From positions 800,001-864,000 of the forward strand of contig CBDFLQ010000007.1 in assembly GCA_965249275.1 (NCBI GenBank): a DNA stretch of 64,000 bases, in the 5' to 3' direction. The position numbers and the translations under genes are program-made. Origin of the DNA: Dehalococcoidia bacterium. GTDB taxonomy: Bacteria; Chloroflexota; Dehalococcoidia; Plut-88900. The notes below the pieces were generated by a model. It saw only the letters and a list, made by a program, of their open reading frames with translations. It was not told the DNA's origin and did no database searches. Position 1 is the first letter of the stretch. The number at the start of each line of letters is the position of its first letter. Positions 37,615-46,547 of the stretch are shown here, in pieces.

Positions 37615-37757
37615 AAAAATACAAAACCCCCGGGGCGCAGCCCAAGGGATTTTTCAAGCCCGATCCAGTGGAGCGAAAGATCAGGTATTTGGCGAATCAC
37701 CTGGGCAGGCTGAACAATTAAGGCTCCGGGGAGCCGCCCGCCGTCTGCGGCGAACTA
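37615..37757 (-). promoter_or_regulatory. L10 leader RNA with attenuator-like hairpin
   Basis: Minus strand cgccgcagacggcgggcgg...ttaa...cctgcccagg between rplA and rplJ fits the L10-leader pattern; followed by a GC hairpin plus U-rich tail (cccttggg...cccggggg ttttgtattttt). Confidence 0.75.
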
Positions 37758-37798
37758 TTTAGTTGCGTTAAGTAACTAGGTTTGCCTCTTTAGCGGGA

Positions 37799-38515
37799 CT
37801 ATTCACTCGCGCTGAGGGTCATGGCAGACTGGACGTCCATGTTGATGCCCGGTCCGTGGGTTGTGGATACGGATATGTTCTTGATGTATTGACCCTTGGC
37901 TCCGGAGGGTTTGGCCCTTACCACCGAGTCCATAAAGGAGGACAGGTTTTCGAGGAGGTCGTCCTTTTCGAAGCTAGCTTTACCGAGGGGAGCGTGGATG
38001 ACGGCGGTGCGGTCAAGCCTATATTCGATCTTTCCCTTGCGGGAGTCGGAGATGGCCTTAGGCAGATCGGGCTGCTGGACAACGGTGCCGGAGCGGGGGT
38101 TGGGCATGAGGCCTCGGCGTCCAAGGATTCGGCCAAGCTTACCGATTTTGCTCATCATCTCAGGGGTGGCAATAGCGGTGTCGAATTCGACCCAGCCACC
38201 TTCAATACGCTGAATAATATCGTCGGCGCCCACGAAGTCAGCGCCGCTTTGCTCAGCTAAAGTGGCGCCTTCACCTTGGGCAAATACCAAGACTCGGACC
38301 TGCTTGCCTGTGCCGTTTGGGAGCATGGCAAGGCCACGCACCTGCTGGTCGGCATGGCGGGGGTCGAGGCCCATTCGCATGTGAATTTCAACCGTCTCGT
38401 CGTACTTAGCCTTGGCGGTCTGCTTGGCCAGATCGACGGCCTCATCGGGGGTGTAGGCCTTGGTCTTGTCGACCAACGCCGCAGCCTCTTCGTATCTCTT
38501 GCCTCTCTTAGCCAT
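37799..38515 (-). CDS. rplA: 50S ribosomal protein L1
   Basis: DPRHADQQVRG, GRILGRRGLMPNP, KGQYIK. Confidence 0.98.
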   Translation of the reverse strand: MAKRGKRYEEAAALVDKTKAYTPDEAVDLAKQTAKAKYDETVEIHMRMGLDPRHADQQVRGLAMLPNGTGKQVRVLVFAQGEGATLAEQSGADFVGADDIIQRIEGGWVEFDTAIATPEMMSKIGKLGRILGRRGLMPNPRSGTVVQQPDLPKAISDSRKGKIEYRLDRTAVIHAPLGKASFEKDDLLENLSSFMDSVVRAKPSGAKGQYIKNISVSTTHGPGINMDVQSAMTLSASE

Positions 38516-38551
38516 TAGGGTGTTCTCTCTTATCTGGAGGGTTGTCCGGGA

Positions 38552-38974
38552 CTAGACAACCTCGATTCCCATGTTACGGGCGGTGCCTTCAATTATACGC
38601 ATAGCGCCTTCCAGGTCATTGGCGTTGAGGTCCTTGAGCTTGGTCTCGGCGATCTCCCGGATTTTGTCTCGGGGGATACTGCCGATTATCTCCTGGCCTG
38701 ACAGGCTGCTGCCCTTCTCGACGCCCGCTGCGCTCTTGATGAGAACCGCGGCGGGTGGAGTCTTGGTGACAAAGGAGAAGGATGCGTCCTGAAAGACGGT
38801 AAGCTCTACAGGGACGATGGTACCGGCCTGGGCGGAGGTGCGAGCGTTGTACTCCTTGCAGAAGCCCATGATGTTGACCCCGTGCTGACCGAGGGCCGGT
38901 CCGATGGGGGGCGCCGGGGTTGCTTTGCCCGCCTCGATTTGGAGCTTGAGTACGGCCTTAATTCTCTTTGGCAT
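38552..38974 (-). CDS. rplK: 50S ribosomal protein L11
   Basis: [26 protein letters not shown]. Confidence 0.98.
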   Translation of the reverse strand: MPKRIKAVLKLQIEAGKATPAPPIGPALGQHGVNIMGFCKEYNARTSAQAGTIVPVELTVFQDASFSFVTKTPPAAVLIKSAAGVEKGSSLSGQEIIGSIPRDKIREIAETKLKDLNANDLEGAMRIIEGTARNMGIEVV

Positions 38975-39001
38975 TTTCTTTAGTCCGGCCCGTTGGGCGG
39001 G

Positions 39002-39559
39002 TTACAGCTTCTCTACTTGCAAATAGTCCAATTCGACGCCCGTGTCTCGTCCGAAGAATGAAACGAGGACCCGTATCTTCCCCTTATCGGGGTAGAGGTC
39101 ATCGACGGTGCCGATGAAATCAGAGAACGGCCCATCTATTATGCGAATTTTCTCGCCTTTGTCCAGGCCGACTTTAACGCGAGGGGCTTCGGCTTCCATC
39201 TGTACGACAATGGCGTTGACCTCGTCGTCTTCGAGAGGGACGGGGCGAGGCGGGTCGCCTGAGGTTACGAAACCGGTTACGCCGGGAGTATTCCTGACCA
39301 CATACCAGCTGTTATCGGTGAGGGCCATGTTAACCAGGATGTAGCCGGGGAAAACTTTCTTGGAGACCGTTCGGCGCTGGCCCTCTCGGATGTCGAGCTC
39401 TTCCTCGGTGGGCACCAGCACCTCAAAGATTTCGGCGGAGGCGTCCATGGACTCAATTCGGTGCTCAAGGTTGTTCTTGACGCGGTCCTCGTAGCCGGCG
39501 TAGGTGTGGACTACGTACCAGCGGTGGTCGAGCTTTGTTGTCTTGGATTGTGAAGTCAT
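39002..39559 (-). CDS. nusG: Transcription factor NusG
   Basis: WYVVHTYAGYE, FPGYIL, VRNTPGVTGFV, KOW domain. Confidence 0.98.
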   Translation of the reverse strand: MTSQSKTTKLDHRWYVVHTYAGYEDRVKNNLEHRIESMDASAEIFEVLVPTEEELDIREGQRRTVSKKVFPGYILVNMALTDNSWYVVRNTPGVTGFVTSGDPPRPVPLEDDEVNAIVVQMEAEAPRVKVGLDKGEKIRIIDGPFSDFIGTVDDLYPDKGKIRVLVSFFGRDTGVELDYLQVEKL

Positions 39560-39620
39560 GTCTGTCTACTCTGCCCTCACCATTCGGCTAATCGGCAGGT
39601 GTGTCTTGATCAATGTTGCT

Positions 39621-39854
39621 CTAGAACAGGAGGAGGTCCATGAGCATGGAGAAACCTTCGTCGACGATTCCCAGGAAAGCGCCCATGGCAACGGAGACGA
39701 TCACGACCATGGTTGTTAGGCGCTTGGTCTCTTCCTTGGAAGGCCAGTTGACCTTGCGCAGCTCGGCTATGGCCTCGGCTATAAAGCGGAAACGGCCTAG
39801 GAAAGGCCCGGAAGCCGACATCCTAGCCCGGGCCGGAAGGGTGAAGCGTCTCAT
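39621..39854 (-). CDS. secE: Preprotein translocase SecE
   Basis: ELRKVNWPS followed by a TM helix; upstream of nusG. Confidence 0.93.
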   Translation of the reverse strand: MRRFTLPARARMSASGPFLGRFRFIAEAIAELRKVNWPSKEETKRLTTMVVIVSVAMGAFLGIVDEGFSMLMDLLLF

Positions 39855-39889
39855 TCAGTTTCCCTGTGCGCGGTTCGTCTCACGTAGCT

Positions 39890-40057
39890 TTATCTAGTCT
39901 CCCGATGGAGCTTGTGGCCCCGGCAGCGGGGGCAGAACTTGGACAACTCCATACGTCCCGAGTCGTTCCTCCGGTTCTTGCTGGTGGTGTAGGTCCTCTC
40001 CCGGCAGTCGGTACAGGCCAGGTTAACTATTATTCGTACGTCTTTTCCTCTAGCCAT
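39890..40057 (-). CDS. rpmG: 50S ribosomal protein L33 (zinc-ribbon form; absent from ORF track)
   Basis: Translated by hand: MARGKDVRIIVNLACTDCRERTYTTSKNRRNDSGRMELSKFCPRCRGHKLHRETR*. Confidence 0.95.
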   Translation of the reverse strand: MARGKDVRIIVNLACTDCRERTYTTSKNRRNDSGRMELSKFCPRCRGHKLHRETR

Positions 40058-40095
40058 CGCTCAATTTCCCTTTGCTCCCAGTGGGGCCGGGTAAG

Positions 40096-41295
40096 CTAGT
40101 TGCTCACCTTGGTGAACACACCGGCGCCGACAGTCCTGCCGCCTTCCCGGATGGCGAAGCGGAGCTCCTGCTCAATGGCAACGGGTGTTAAGAGCTTGAT
40201 GCCCATGGTGATGTTGTCGCCGGGCATGACCATCTCGGTGCCTTCGGGTAGAGCGATCTCGCCGGTGACGTCGGTGGTACGGATGTAGAACTGGGGCTTG
40301 TAACCGGGGAAGAAGGGGGTGTGTCGTCCACCCTCCTCCTTGGTAAGGACGTAGACCTCGGCGTCGGAGGCCATGTGCGGGTTGATGGAGCCGGGTTTGG
40401 CAAGGACTTGCCCTCGCTCAATTTCGTCCCGCTCGACGCCCCTGATGAGGCAACCTACGGCATCGCCGGGCTCGGCGTAGTCGAGGGTCTTGTGGAACAT
40501 CTCGACGCCGGTGACGGTCGTCCTCCTAGTCTCACCAAATCCGACGATCTCGACCTGGTCTCCAGTCTTGACGGTGCCACGCTCGACGCGGCCGGTTACC
40601 ACTGTTCCGCGGCCCTTGATGCTGAATACGTCTTCAATAGGCATGAGGAAGGGCAGGTCGGAAGGCCTTTCGGGGAGGGGAATGTAGCTGTCGACGGATT
40701 TCATCAGTTCCAGGATGGGCTGGTATTCGGGGGCGTTGGGGTCGGTGGAATCGGACTCGAGGGCCTCTAGGCCACTGCCCCGGATGATTGGGATTTCCTC
40801 GCCGGGGAAGTCGTACTTGGACAGGAGCTCACGGAGCTCAAGCTCTACGAGTTCGAGCAGCTCTGGGTCGTCCATCTGGTCCGTCTTGTTGAGGAAGACG
40901 ACGATGTATGGTACGAGAACCTGCCGGGCAAGGAGGATGTGCTCCCGTGTCTGGGGCATGGGGCCGTCGGGTGCGGAGACGACGAGGATAGCACCGTCCA
41001 TCTGGGCTGCACCGGTGATCATGTTCTTGATGTAGTCGGCGTGGCCGGGGCAGTCGACGTGAGCATAGTGACGCTCAGTAGTCTCATACTCTACGTGGGT
41101 GATGGCGATGGTGAGGCCTCGGGCCTTCTCCTCAGGGGCGTTGTCGATGGAATCGTAAGGACGGAAGGCGGCGCCACCCTGCATGCCAAGCACCTTGGTG
41201 ATGGCAGCGGTAAGAGTGGTCTTGCCGTGATCGACGTGACCGATAGTGCCCACGTTGACGTGGGGCTTAGTTCTTAGGAAACGTTGTTTAGCCAT
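40096..41295 (-). CDS. tuf: Elongation factor Tu
   Basis: [21 protein letters not shown]; ATG at 41295 after AGGAG. Confidence 0.99.
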   Translation of the reverse strand: MAKQRFLRTKPHVNVGTIGHVDHGKTTLTAAITKVLGMQGGAAFRPYDSIDNAPEEKARGLTIAITHVEYETTERHYAHVDCPGHADYIKNMITGAAQMDGAILVVSAPDGPMPQTREHILLARQVLVPYIVVFLNKTDQMDDPELLELVELELRELLSKYDFPGEEIPIIRGSGLEALESDSTDPNAPEYQPILELMKSVDSYIPLPERPSDLPFLMPIEDVFSIKGRGTVVTGRVERGTVKTGDQVEIVGFGETRRTTVTGVEMFHKTLDYAEPGDAVGCLIRGVERDEIERGQVLAKPGSINPHMASDAEVYVLTKEEGGRHTPFFPGYKPQFYIRTTDVTGEIALPEGTEMVMPGDNITMGIKLLTPVAIEQELRFAIREGGRTVGAGVFTKVSN

Positions 41296-41313
41296 TTTAT
41301 GACTCTCCTGTAG

Positions 41314-41388
41314 TGGAGCCCACAACCGGATTTGAACCGGTGACCCCGTTCTTACCAAGAACGTGCTCTACCACTGAGCTATGTGGGC
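41314..41388 (-). tRNA. tRNA-Thr(GGT)
   Basis: GCCCACATAGCTCAGTGGTAGAGC...CGTTC-TTGGTAA-GAACG...GGTTCAAATCC...GTGGGCTCCA. Confidence 0.95.
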
Positions 41389-41429
41389 CTACTGAATGCT
41401 CCTTTTCACACTATTATAGATTCTTTTGA

Positions 41430-41515
41430 TGGTGGAGGGGGCAGGATTCGAACCTGCGTAGCCTTTCGGCAGCGATTTTACAGACCGCCGGTTTTAACCG
41501 CTCACCCACCCCTCC
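41430..41515 (-). tRNA. tRNA-Tyr(GTA)
   Basis: GGAGGGG acceptor stem, CTGTAAA anticodon loop, long variable arm, GGTTCGAATCC, ends ACCA. Confidence 0.95.
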
Positions 41516-41580
41516 GCAATGACGTGCTCCTGTTTATGGCACCTGATGGATTTGTTTGTTGGAGGTTTTTTGACGCGGGT

Positions 41581-41656
41581 TGGAGCCCGAGAGGGGAGTC
41601 GAACCCGCTAACCTGCCGATTACAAATCGGCTGCGCTGCCATTGCGCCACTCGGGC
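41581..41656 (-). tRNA. tRNA-Thr(TGT)
   Basis: GCCCGAG acceptor, GCCGA-TTTGTAA-TCGGC anticodon arm, GGTTCGACTCC, ends CCA. Confidence 0.92.
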
Positions 41657-41818
41657 AGAAGGATGCGGGCTGTTTCCTCCATGATGATTTTACCGGGGCG
41701 TCAGCGCGAACACACGACGCCCGATATACAATGTCCTAGACTCTAAAGTACCTCCTACGAAGGGCCCGCAGAAGGTACAACAAAGAACTCCCTTAAATCT
41801 AGGAAGCAGTATAGGAAA

Positions 41819-42238
41819 TTGGCGCGTAGAAAGTCAAGGCTCAGTTGGAATTTGTTCCGGGGGTTGGACTCCCAGGCCACCGTCTACTACGACGGCGCAT
41901 GCGGCCTGTGCAGGGGAGCAGTGAAGTGGATGGCTAAAGCGGACTGGTTTCAGAGGGTGAAGTGGACACCTGGGCAGGAGTTGAGCAGTTTCCCAAGTGG
42001 CCTGACCCCGGCCGATCTGAACGAGGCTATGTACCTAGAAGACTCCCAGGGCCGGTTGCACGGTGGCTTCTTCGCCGTGAGGCGGTTGGCACTAATATTG
42101 CCTCCGCTACTTCCACTGGCCCCATTTATGTGGCTACCGGGGGCGCGATTCCTGGGGGTGCGCGTGTACGCGCTTATCGCCCGGAACCGGGGCTGCCTTC
42201 TGGGAACGGTAAGAGAAGGCGGGAAGCCTCCTCGGTGA
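41819..42238 (+). CDS. DCC1-like thiol-disulfide oxidoreductase (DUF393)
   Basis: YYDGACGLC (DxxCxxC) and C-terminal YALIARNR. Confidence 0.85.
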   Translation: MARRKSRLSWNLFRGLDSQATVYYDGACGLCRGAVKWMAKADWFQRVKWTPGQELSSFPSGLTPADLNEAMYLEDSQGRLHGGFFAVRRLALILPPLLPLAPFMWLPGARFLGVRVYALIARNRGCLLGTVREGGKPPR

Positions 42239-43391
42239 CAATGCGGTAGACGTCTCTGAGTGAAATCCCCAACTCGGCGGCTATTGCGGCACAATCATCG
42301 TGCTCAGGCGAGACGGAGACCGGGTTACCGTTCTGGATTTTCAGCTTGACTCGCACGAGCCCAATACTCGTGGCAACCTTCTCTATTCTGCGCTCGGCCT
42401 CATAGCGAAGGACTTCCCGTACCCGGACACCGAGGGTAGAGGTCTCTTCGAGGAGATCGTGGATTATGGCCTCCCGATGGCCGGGGTCGGAAAGGACACT
42501 AACCATGATGGCAGGGCGCCCCTTTTTCATATGGATGGGCGTGAACCAGACGTCCCGGGCCCCAGTCTCAAACAGCCGGTCCATAAGATAGGGGTAAATC
42601 TCGGGGTTCATATCGTCTATGTTGGTCTCTATTATGATAAGCGGTCGAGCTCCGGAATAGGACTGCACCTGGCCCAGCCAGAGGCCCAGGACGTTTGGGT
42701 ATTCACCCATATCCTTTTGGCCGATACCGTAGCCTGCTGCTTCCACCCTCATCTCCGGCTGCGCGAATTCGGAGAGGGCGGTCATTATGGCAACTCCGGT
42801 TGGGGTGGACAGTTCGGTGGCGGGAGCGTGGGGTGAGGCGAGAGCGAAGGGCGCGTTGGCAAGAGCCATAAGCTCTACGGTTGCGGGTGCGGGGACGGGG
42901 AGCCGCCCGTGTTCCGCCTTTACGGTCCCGCTTCCTGGCGGTATCGAAGAGCAGTAGACTTGCTCCACACCGAGGAGCTCCAGGCCACAAGCAGTGCCAA
43001 CGATATCTACTATGGCATCGACGGCGCCGACCTCGTGGAAGTGGACCTGATCTATCTCGACGCGGTGGACTCGGGACTCGGCCTGGGCAAGTCGGCGGAA
43101 TATCCTGGTCGCCTTTTCTTTCACAGAGGGGGCGAGGCGGCTTTCGTTTATCAGTGAAAGGATATCATTGAGGTTGCGGCGGGGTTGGGGAGCGGCCGAT
43201 GTTTTCACGCTGACTCGGGTGCCGGAGATTGCGGAACGGGAGTCCGGAGAGGCTTCGATGTCGTAGCCCTGAACGCCAAGCTTTGAAAGCTCGTTGCGGA
43301 GGGAGTCGATGGATAGGCCGACATCTACTAGGGCCCCGAGGACCATGTCGCCGCTGACGCCGCCAATGCAGTTAAAGTAAGCAGCTTTCAT
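42174..43391 (-). CDS. larC: Nickel pincer cofactor biosynthesis nickel insertase
   Basis: GVSGDMVLGAL, VHFHEVGAVDAIVD, HGRLPVPAPAT, ETNIDD, MKKGRP; ATG at 43391. Confidence 0.93.
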   Translation of the reverse strand: MKAAYFNCIGGVSGDMVLGALVDVGLSIDSLRNELSKLGVQGYDIEASPDSRSAISGTRVSVKTSAAPQPRRNLNDILSLINESRLAPSVKEKATRIFRRLAQAESRVHRVEIDQVHFHEVGAVDAIVDIVGTACGLELLGVEQVYCSSIPPGSGTVKAEHGRLPVPAPATVELMALANAPFALASPHAPATELSTPTGVAIMTALSEFAQPEMRVEAAGYGIGQKDMGEYPNVLGLWLGQVQSYSGARPLIIIETNIDDMNPEIYPYLMDRLFETGARDVWFTPIHMKKGRPAIMVSVLSDPGHREAIIHDLLEETSTLGVRVREVLRYEAERRIEKVATSIGLVRVKLKIQNGNPVSVSPEHDDCAAIAAELGISLRDVYRIVTEEASRLLLPFPEGSPGSGR

Positions 43392-44164
43392 GCCGGCACC
43401 AGAACCATTTGTCTCATGCCCCATTCTATGTCGGAGTCTCCACCGGAGGCATCTTCGGCCATATGTTGAAGGTCGTTGTGGAGGGATTTCAGAAACCATG
43501 TGCTGTACAGGGATATTGCGGGGTGGGTGGCGCCCCAGGCCGATATGTTCATGGAGAACATGGCAGCAGCATCGCGGTTGGACACGGGGAGGCAGCGAAT
43601 GCCGTCCGAGGTGATTTTGAGGGGTGCCTCGTCCGGCAGGTTGGTAAGTTGGGCCCCGGCACATAGGGCCGTACCTTGGGCGTCCAGGACTCGGGCCAGA
43701 GTGGTGAGATAGGAGTCCAGGACGGGATTGTCGGTATGGATCCAGTCCACTTCCTCCACAAGTAGAGCACCTTCAGTTGAGAGTTGGGAGACCCAACTGA
43801 CCAGGGCTTGTATTGGGTTTGGGAGATGGGGAAGCAGGAAGCGGCAGAAGATGAGGTCGGCGGAGGAAATTGGGAAAGGTACAACAGTGACATCGTGGTT
43901 GATGAAGGAGACGCGAGACGGAGACGACCGCAACGCGGAAGATACGAATTGAGAAGATTTGTCCAGTCCGACGATTTTCTCGAAGGGGAGAAGGTCGGCG
44001 ATGAGTCGGGTAGTGTGGCCCGTCCCACAACCCAAGTCGAGGGCAAGGTTAGTGCCGGAGGGCTCAAAGTTGGCAAGGAATTCGCGGGTCGGCGCCTCGA
44101 AAGTGCGGGCAAGGATTTCCAGCCTGCGTTGCGCCCTTTCTGAATCTCCGAATAGATAGCTCAT
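43388..44164 (-). CDS. Class I SAM-dependent methyltransferase
   Basis: LDLGCGTG motif I, GLD, DLIFCRFLLPHL. Confidence 0.88.
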   Translation of the reverse strand: MSYLFGDSERAQRRLEILARTFEAPTREFLANFEPSGTNLALDLGCGTGHTTRLIADLLPFEKIVGLDKSSQFVSSALRSSPSRVSFINHDVTVVPFPISSADLIFCRFLLPHLPNPIQALVSWVSQLSTEGALLVEEVDWIHTDNPVLDSYLTTLARVLDAQGTALCAGAQLTNLPDEAPLKITSDGIRCLPVSNRDAAAMFSMNISAWGATHPAISLYSTWFLKSLHNDLQHMAEDASGGDSDIEWGMRQMVLVPA

Positions 44165-44199
44165 GGCAGGGGAGGAGTGGGGCGGAGCCGAGAGTAAAA

Positions 44200-45069
44200 C
44201 TACCCCCTGCTCTTAGCAGAAGAGACGGGGGCTCCAGAATGCTTCCGGGAGAGTTGCAGCACCTCGTTGAGGCTGCCGGACCGGAAACCCGACATGTCCA
44301 AAGTTACGTAGGTGTACCCGAGGGTGCGGAAGTGCCGGACCAAGTCTCGGCGCACATCCTGTTTGGCTAGAAGGCTGAAACCGGCGTCGTCAACCTCTAT
44401 CCTGGCGATGCGGTCGTGGTGCCGGACGCGCAGGTCTCGGATACCGAGGTTTCGCAGGTAGTCTTCGGCTGCCTCGATCTGGCGGAGAACTTCAACTGTC
44501 ACCTTGTCGCCATAAGGGACACGGGAGGCAAGGCAGGCCATGGCGGGCTTGTCCCAGGTGGGAAGCCCGCGCTCTTTGGAAAGCTGCCTGATCTCGCTCT
44601 TGGTAAGTTCGGCTTCGCAGAGGGGGCTGCGTACATTGGAACGGCGGGCGGCGTCTAGGCCGGGGCGGAAGTCTCCCAGGTCGTCGGAGTTGGTGCCGTT
44701 TGCCACCCAGTCGAAACCTTCCTGCTCTGCGATTGGGAGCAGACGAGAGTAGAGCTCACCCTTGCAGAAGAAGCAGCGCTGAGGACTGTTCTCCTGGTAG
44801 CGGGGGTCCTGGGTCTCAAAAGTATCTATGATGCGGTGTTGGAATCCGAATTGGCTGGCGATGGATTGGGCGTCTTTTAGCTCGGAGCGGGGGATGCTGG
44901 GGGAGTCGGCGGTTATGGCAAGGGCACGGTCTCCCAGCGCTGCGTGGGCTTCGACGGCTAGAAATGCGCTATCGACACCACCTGAGTAGGCAACAACTAC
45001 AGATTCCATGTCCTCCAGGATTCGGTGGAGTCGGGCAGCTTTTTCGGATGTATCTGCAGCTGTGGTCAT
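44200..45069 (-). CDS. larE: ATP-dependent sulfur transferase LarE
   Basis: AYSGGVDS PP-loop, RCFFCK, DDLGDFRPG, ACLASR, RVRHH, GFRSGSLN. Confidence 0.93.
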   Translation of the reverse strand: MTTAADTSEKAARLHRILEDMESVVVAYSGGVDSAFLAVEAHAALGDRALAITADSPSIPRSELKDAQSIASQFGFQHRIIDTFETQDPRYQENSPQRCFFCKGELYSRLLPIAEQEGFDWVANGTNSDDLGDFRPGLDAARRSNVRSPLCEAELTKSEIRQLSKERGLPTWDKPAMACLASRVPYGDKVTVEVLRQIEAAEDYLRNLGIRDLRVRHHDRIARIEVDDAGFSLLAKQDVRRDLVRHFRTLGYTYVTLDMSGFRSGSLNEVLQLSRKHSGAPVSSAKSRG

Positions 45070-46451
45070 GTTTTCGGGCTCCGGGTCTCTAATGCGGCCC
45101 TCGCTGCTTCGGCGAGATTGGACACCTTAATAAGTTCCATCTTATCGGGCGCTGTGAATCCCTTGGGAGTCGACGTGGGTATTATACCCGTATCAAGGCC
45201 AAGCTGGGTGGCTTCCTGGAGGCGTCGGGACAGATGGCTCGCAGAGCGCAATTCACCCCCCAACCCGATCTCACCAACGGCGATAAGACCGTCTCGAACG
45301 GGTCTATCCTTCAGGCTGGACAGGATCGCAAGGGCCACGGCGAGATCGGCGGAAGGTTCCCGGATTCGGATTCCACCTATAACGTTGACAAGAACGTCCT
45401 GGTTGGAGAGTCGGGCGCCCAAACGCTTGCTAAGGACGGCGGTGATGAGAAGAAGGCGATTGACGTCTATGCCGTTGGCGGTGCGCCGGGGGAGGTTGAA
45501 GGGAGTCATATTGGTGAGGGCCTGGACCTCGACCAGAAGAGGTCGGGTGCCTTCCATGACTGGGACGATGACGGAGCCGATCCCGCCTGATTTGTGCTCG
45601 GATAGGAGGGCTCGGGAGGGATCCAGGACATCGATTAGCCCGGATTCCGACATTTCGAAAATACCAACCTCATTTGTGGACCCGAAGCGGTTTTTCTCAC
45701 CGCGCAGGAGCCGGTACGGGCTATAGACGTCGCCTTCGAGATAGAGGACAACGTCTACCATGTGCTCCAGCATTCGGGGACCGGCAATGTTCCCTTCCTT
45801 GGTCACGTGCCCAGAGATCATGACGGGAATGCCCGAGTTCTTGCTCCATTCCATGAGACGCCAGGTGGCTTCCCTAATCTGTCCGACGCTTCCGGGAGTA
45901 CTCCCGACTTCGCTAAGAAAAACGGTCTGAATGGAATCAACGATAGCCAGGTTGGGGGAAGTCTCGTCCATATAACGCAGGGCGGCATCCAAGTCATTGG
46001 AGGCGTTGACAAAGAGATTGTGCCCCGTGATACCGAGCCTGGTAGCCCGCATCCTGATCTGTTGCTCAGACTCCTCGCCGGAGAAGTAGAGGACCCGAGA
46101 CCCTCGTCCGGCGATATCGGCTGCGGCCTGGAGAAGCAGCGTCGACTTGCCGATGCCAGGTTCGCCACCAAGAAGGACGAGAGAGCCGGGGACTATACCG
46201 CCACCCAATACGCGAGAGAACTCGGCGGAGGTCAGGGATATACGGTCATGGCCTGTAGTGGTAACGGAGGCGAGCTCTACTGGGGGTCGGGCGATGGGTG
46301 GGGGGCCTGATGAGCCGGGTCGAGAGGCCCGTTGGACGACTTCCTTCAAGCTGTTCCAAGTGCCGCACCTGGAGCATCGGCCTTCCCAGCGGGGGCTATC
46401 CGCCCCGCATTCGTTGCAGACATAGGTGGCCTTGGATTGGGCTTTCGGCAT
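45066..46451 (-). CDS. radA: DNA repair protein RadA/Sms
   Basis: C4 zinc finger, GEPGIGKST, KNRFG motif, Lon-like C-terminus. Confidence 0.97.
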   Translation of the reverse strand: MPKAQSKATYVCNECGADSPRWEGRCSRCGTWNSLKEVVQRASRPGSSGPPPIARPPVELASVTTTGHDRISLTSAEFSRVLGGGIVPGSLVLLGGEPGIGKSTLLLQAAADIAGRGSRVLYFSGEESEQQIRMRATRLGITGHNLFVNASNDLDAALRYMDETSPNLAIVDSIQTVFLSEVGSTPGSVGQIREATWRLMEWSKNSGIPVMISGHVTKEGNIAGPRMLEHMVDVVLYLEGDVYSPYRLLRGEKNRFGSTNEVGIFEMSESGLIDVLDPSRALLSEHKSGGIGSVIVPVMEGTRPLLVEVQALTNMTPFNLPRRTANGIDVNRLLLITAVLSKRLGARLSNQDVLVNVIGGIRIREPSADLAVALAILSSLKDRPVRDGLIAVGEIGLGGELRSASHLSRRLQEATQLGLDTGIIPTSTPKGFTAPDKMELIKVSNLAEAARAALETRSPKT

Positions 46452-46483
46452 TGGCTTGTGTGGTTACGGCGTGGTTAGAGGTG

Positions 46484-46518
46484 AAATAAAGGAGGGAAGC
46501 CCCGTGGGGCTTCCCTCC
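46484..46518 (-). terminator. Intrinsic terminator after clpC
   Basis: ggagggaagcccc/ggggcttccctcc stem followed on the minus strand by tttattt. Confidence 0.75.
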
Positions 46519-46547
46519 AGATTCTCAAATTAACGAGGGGGCGTGGC

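Noticed and set aside
41296-41739. ORF extension of tuf and the 118-aa ORF at 41383
   Set aside because: They overlap tRNA genes.
43392-43664. Long N-terminal extension of larC (possible fusion or frameshift)
   Set aside because: Alternate frame of the methyltransferase; LarC homology starts at the ATG at 43391.
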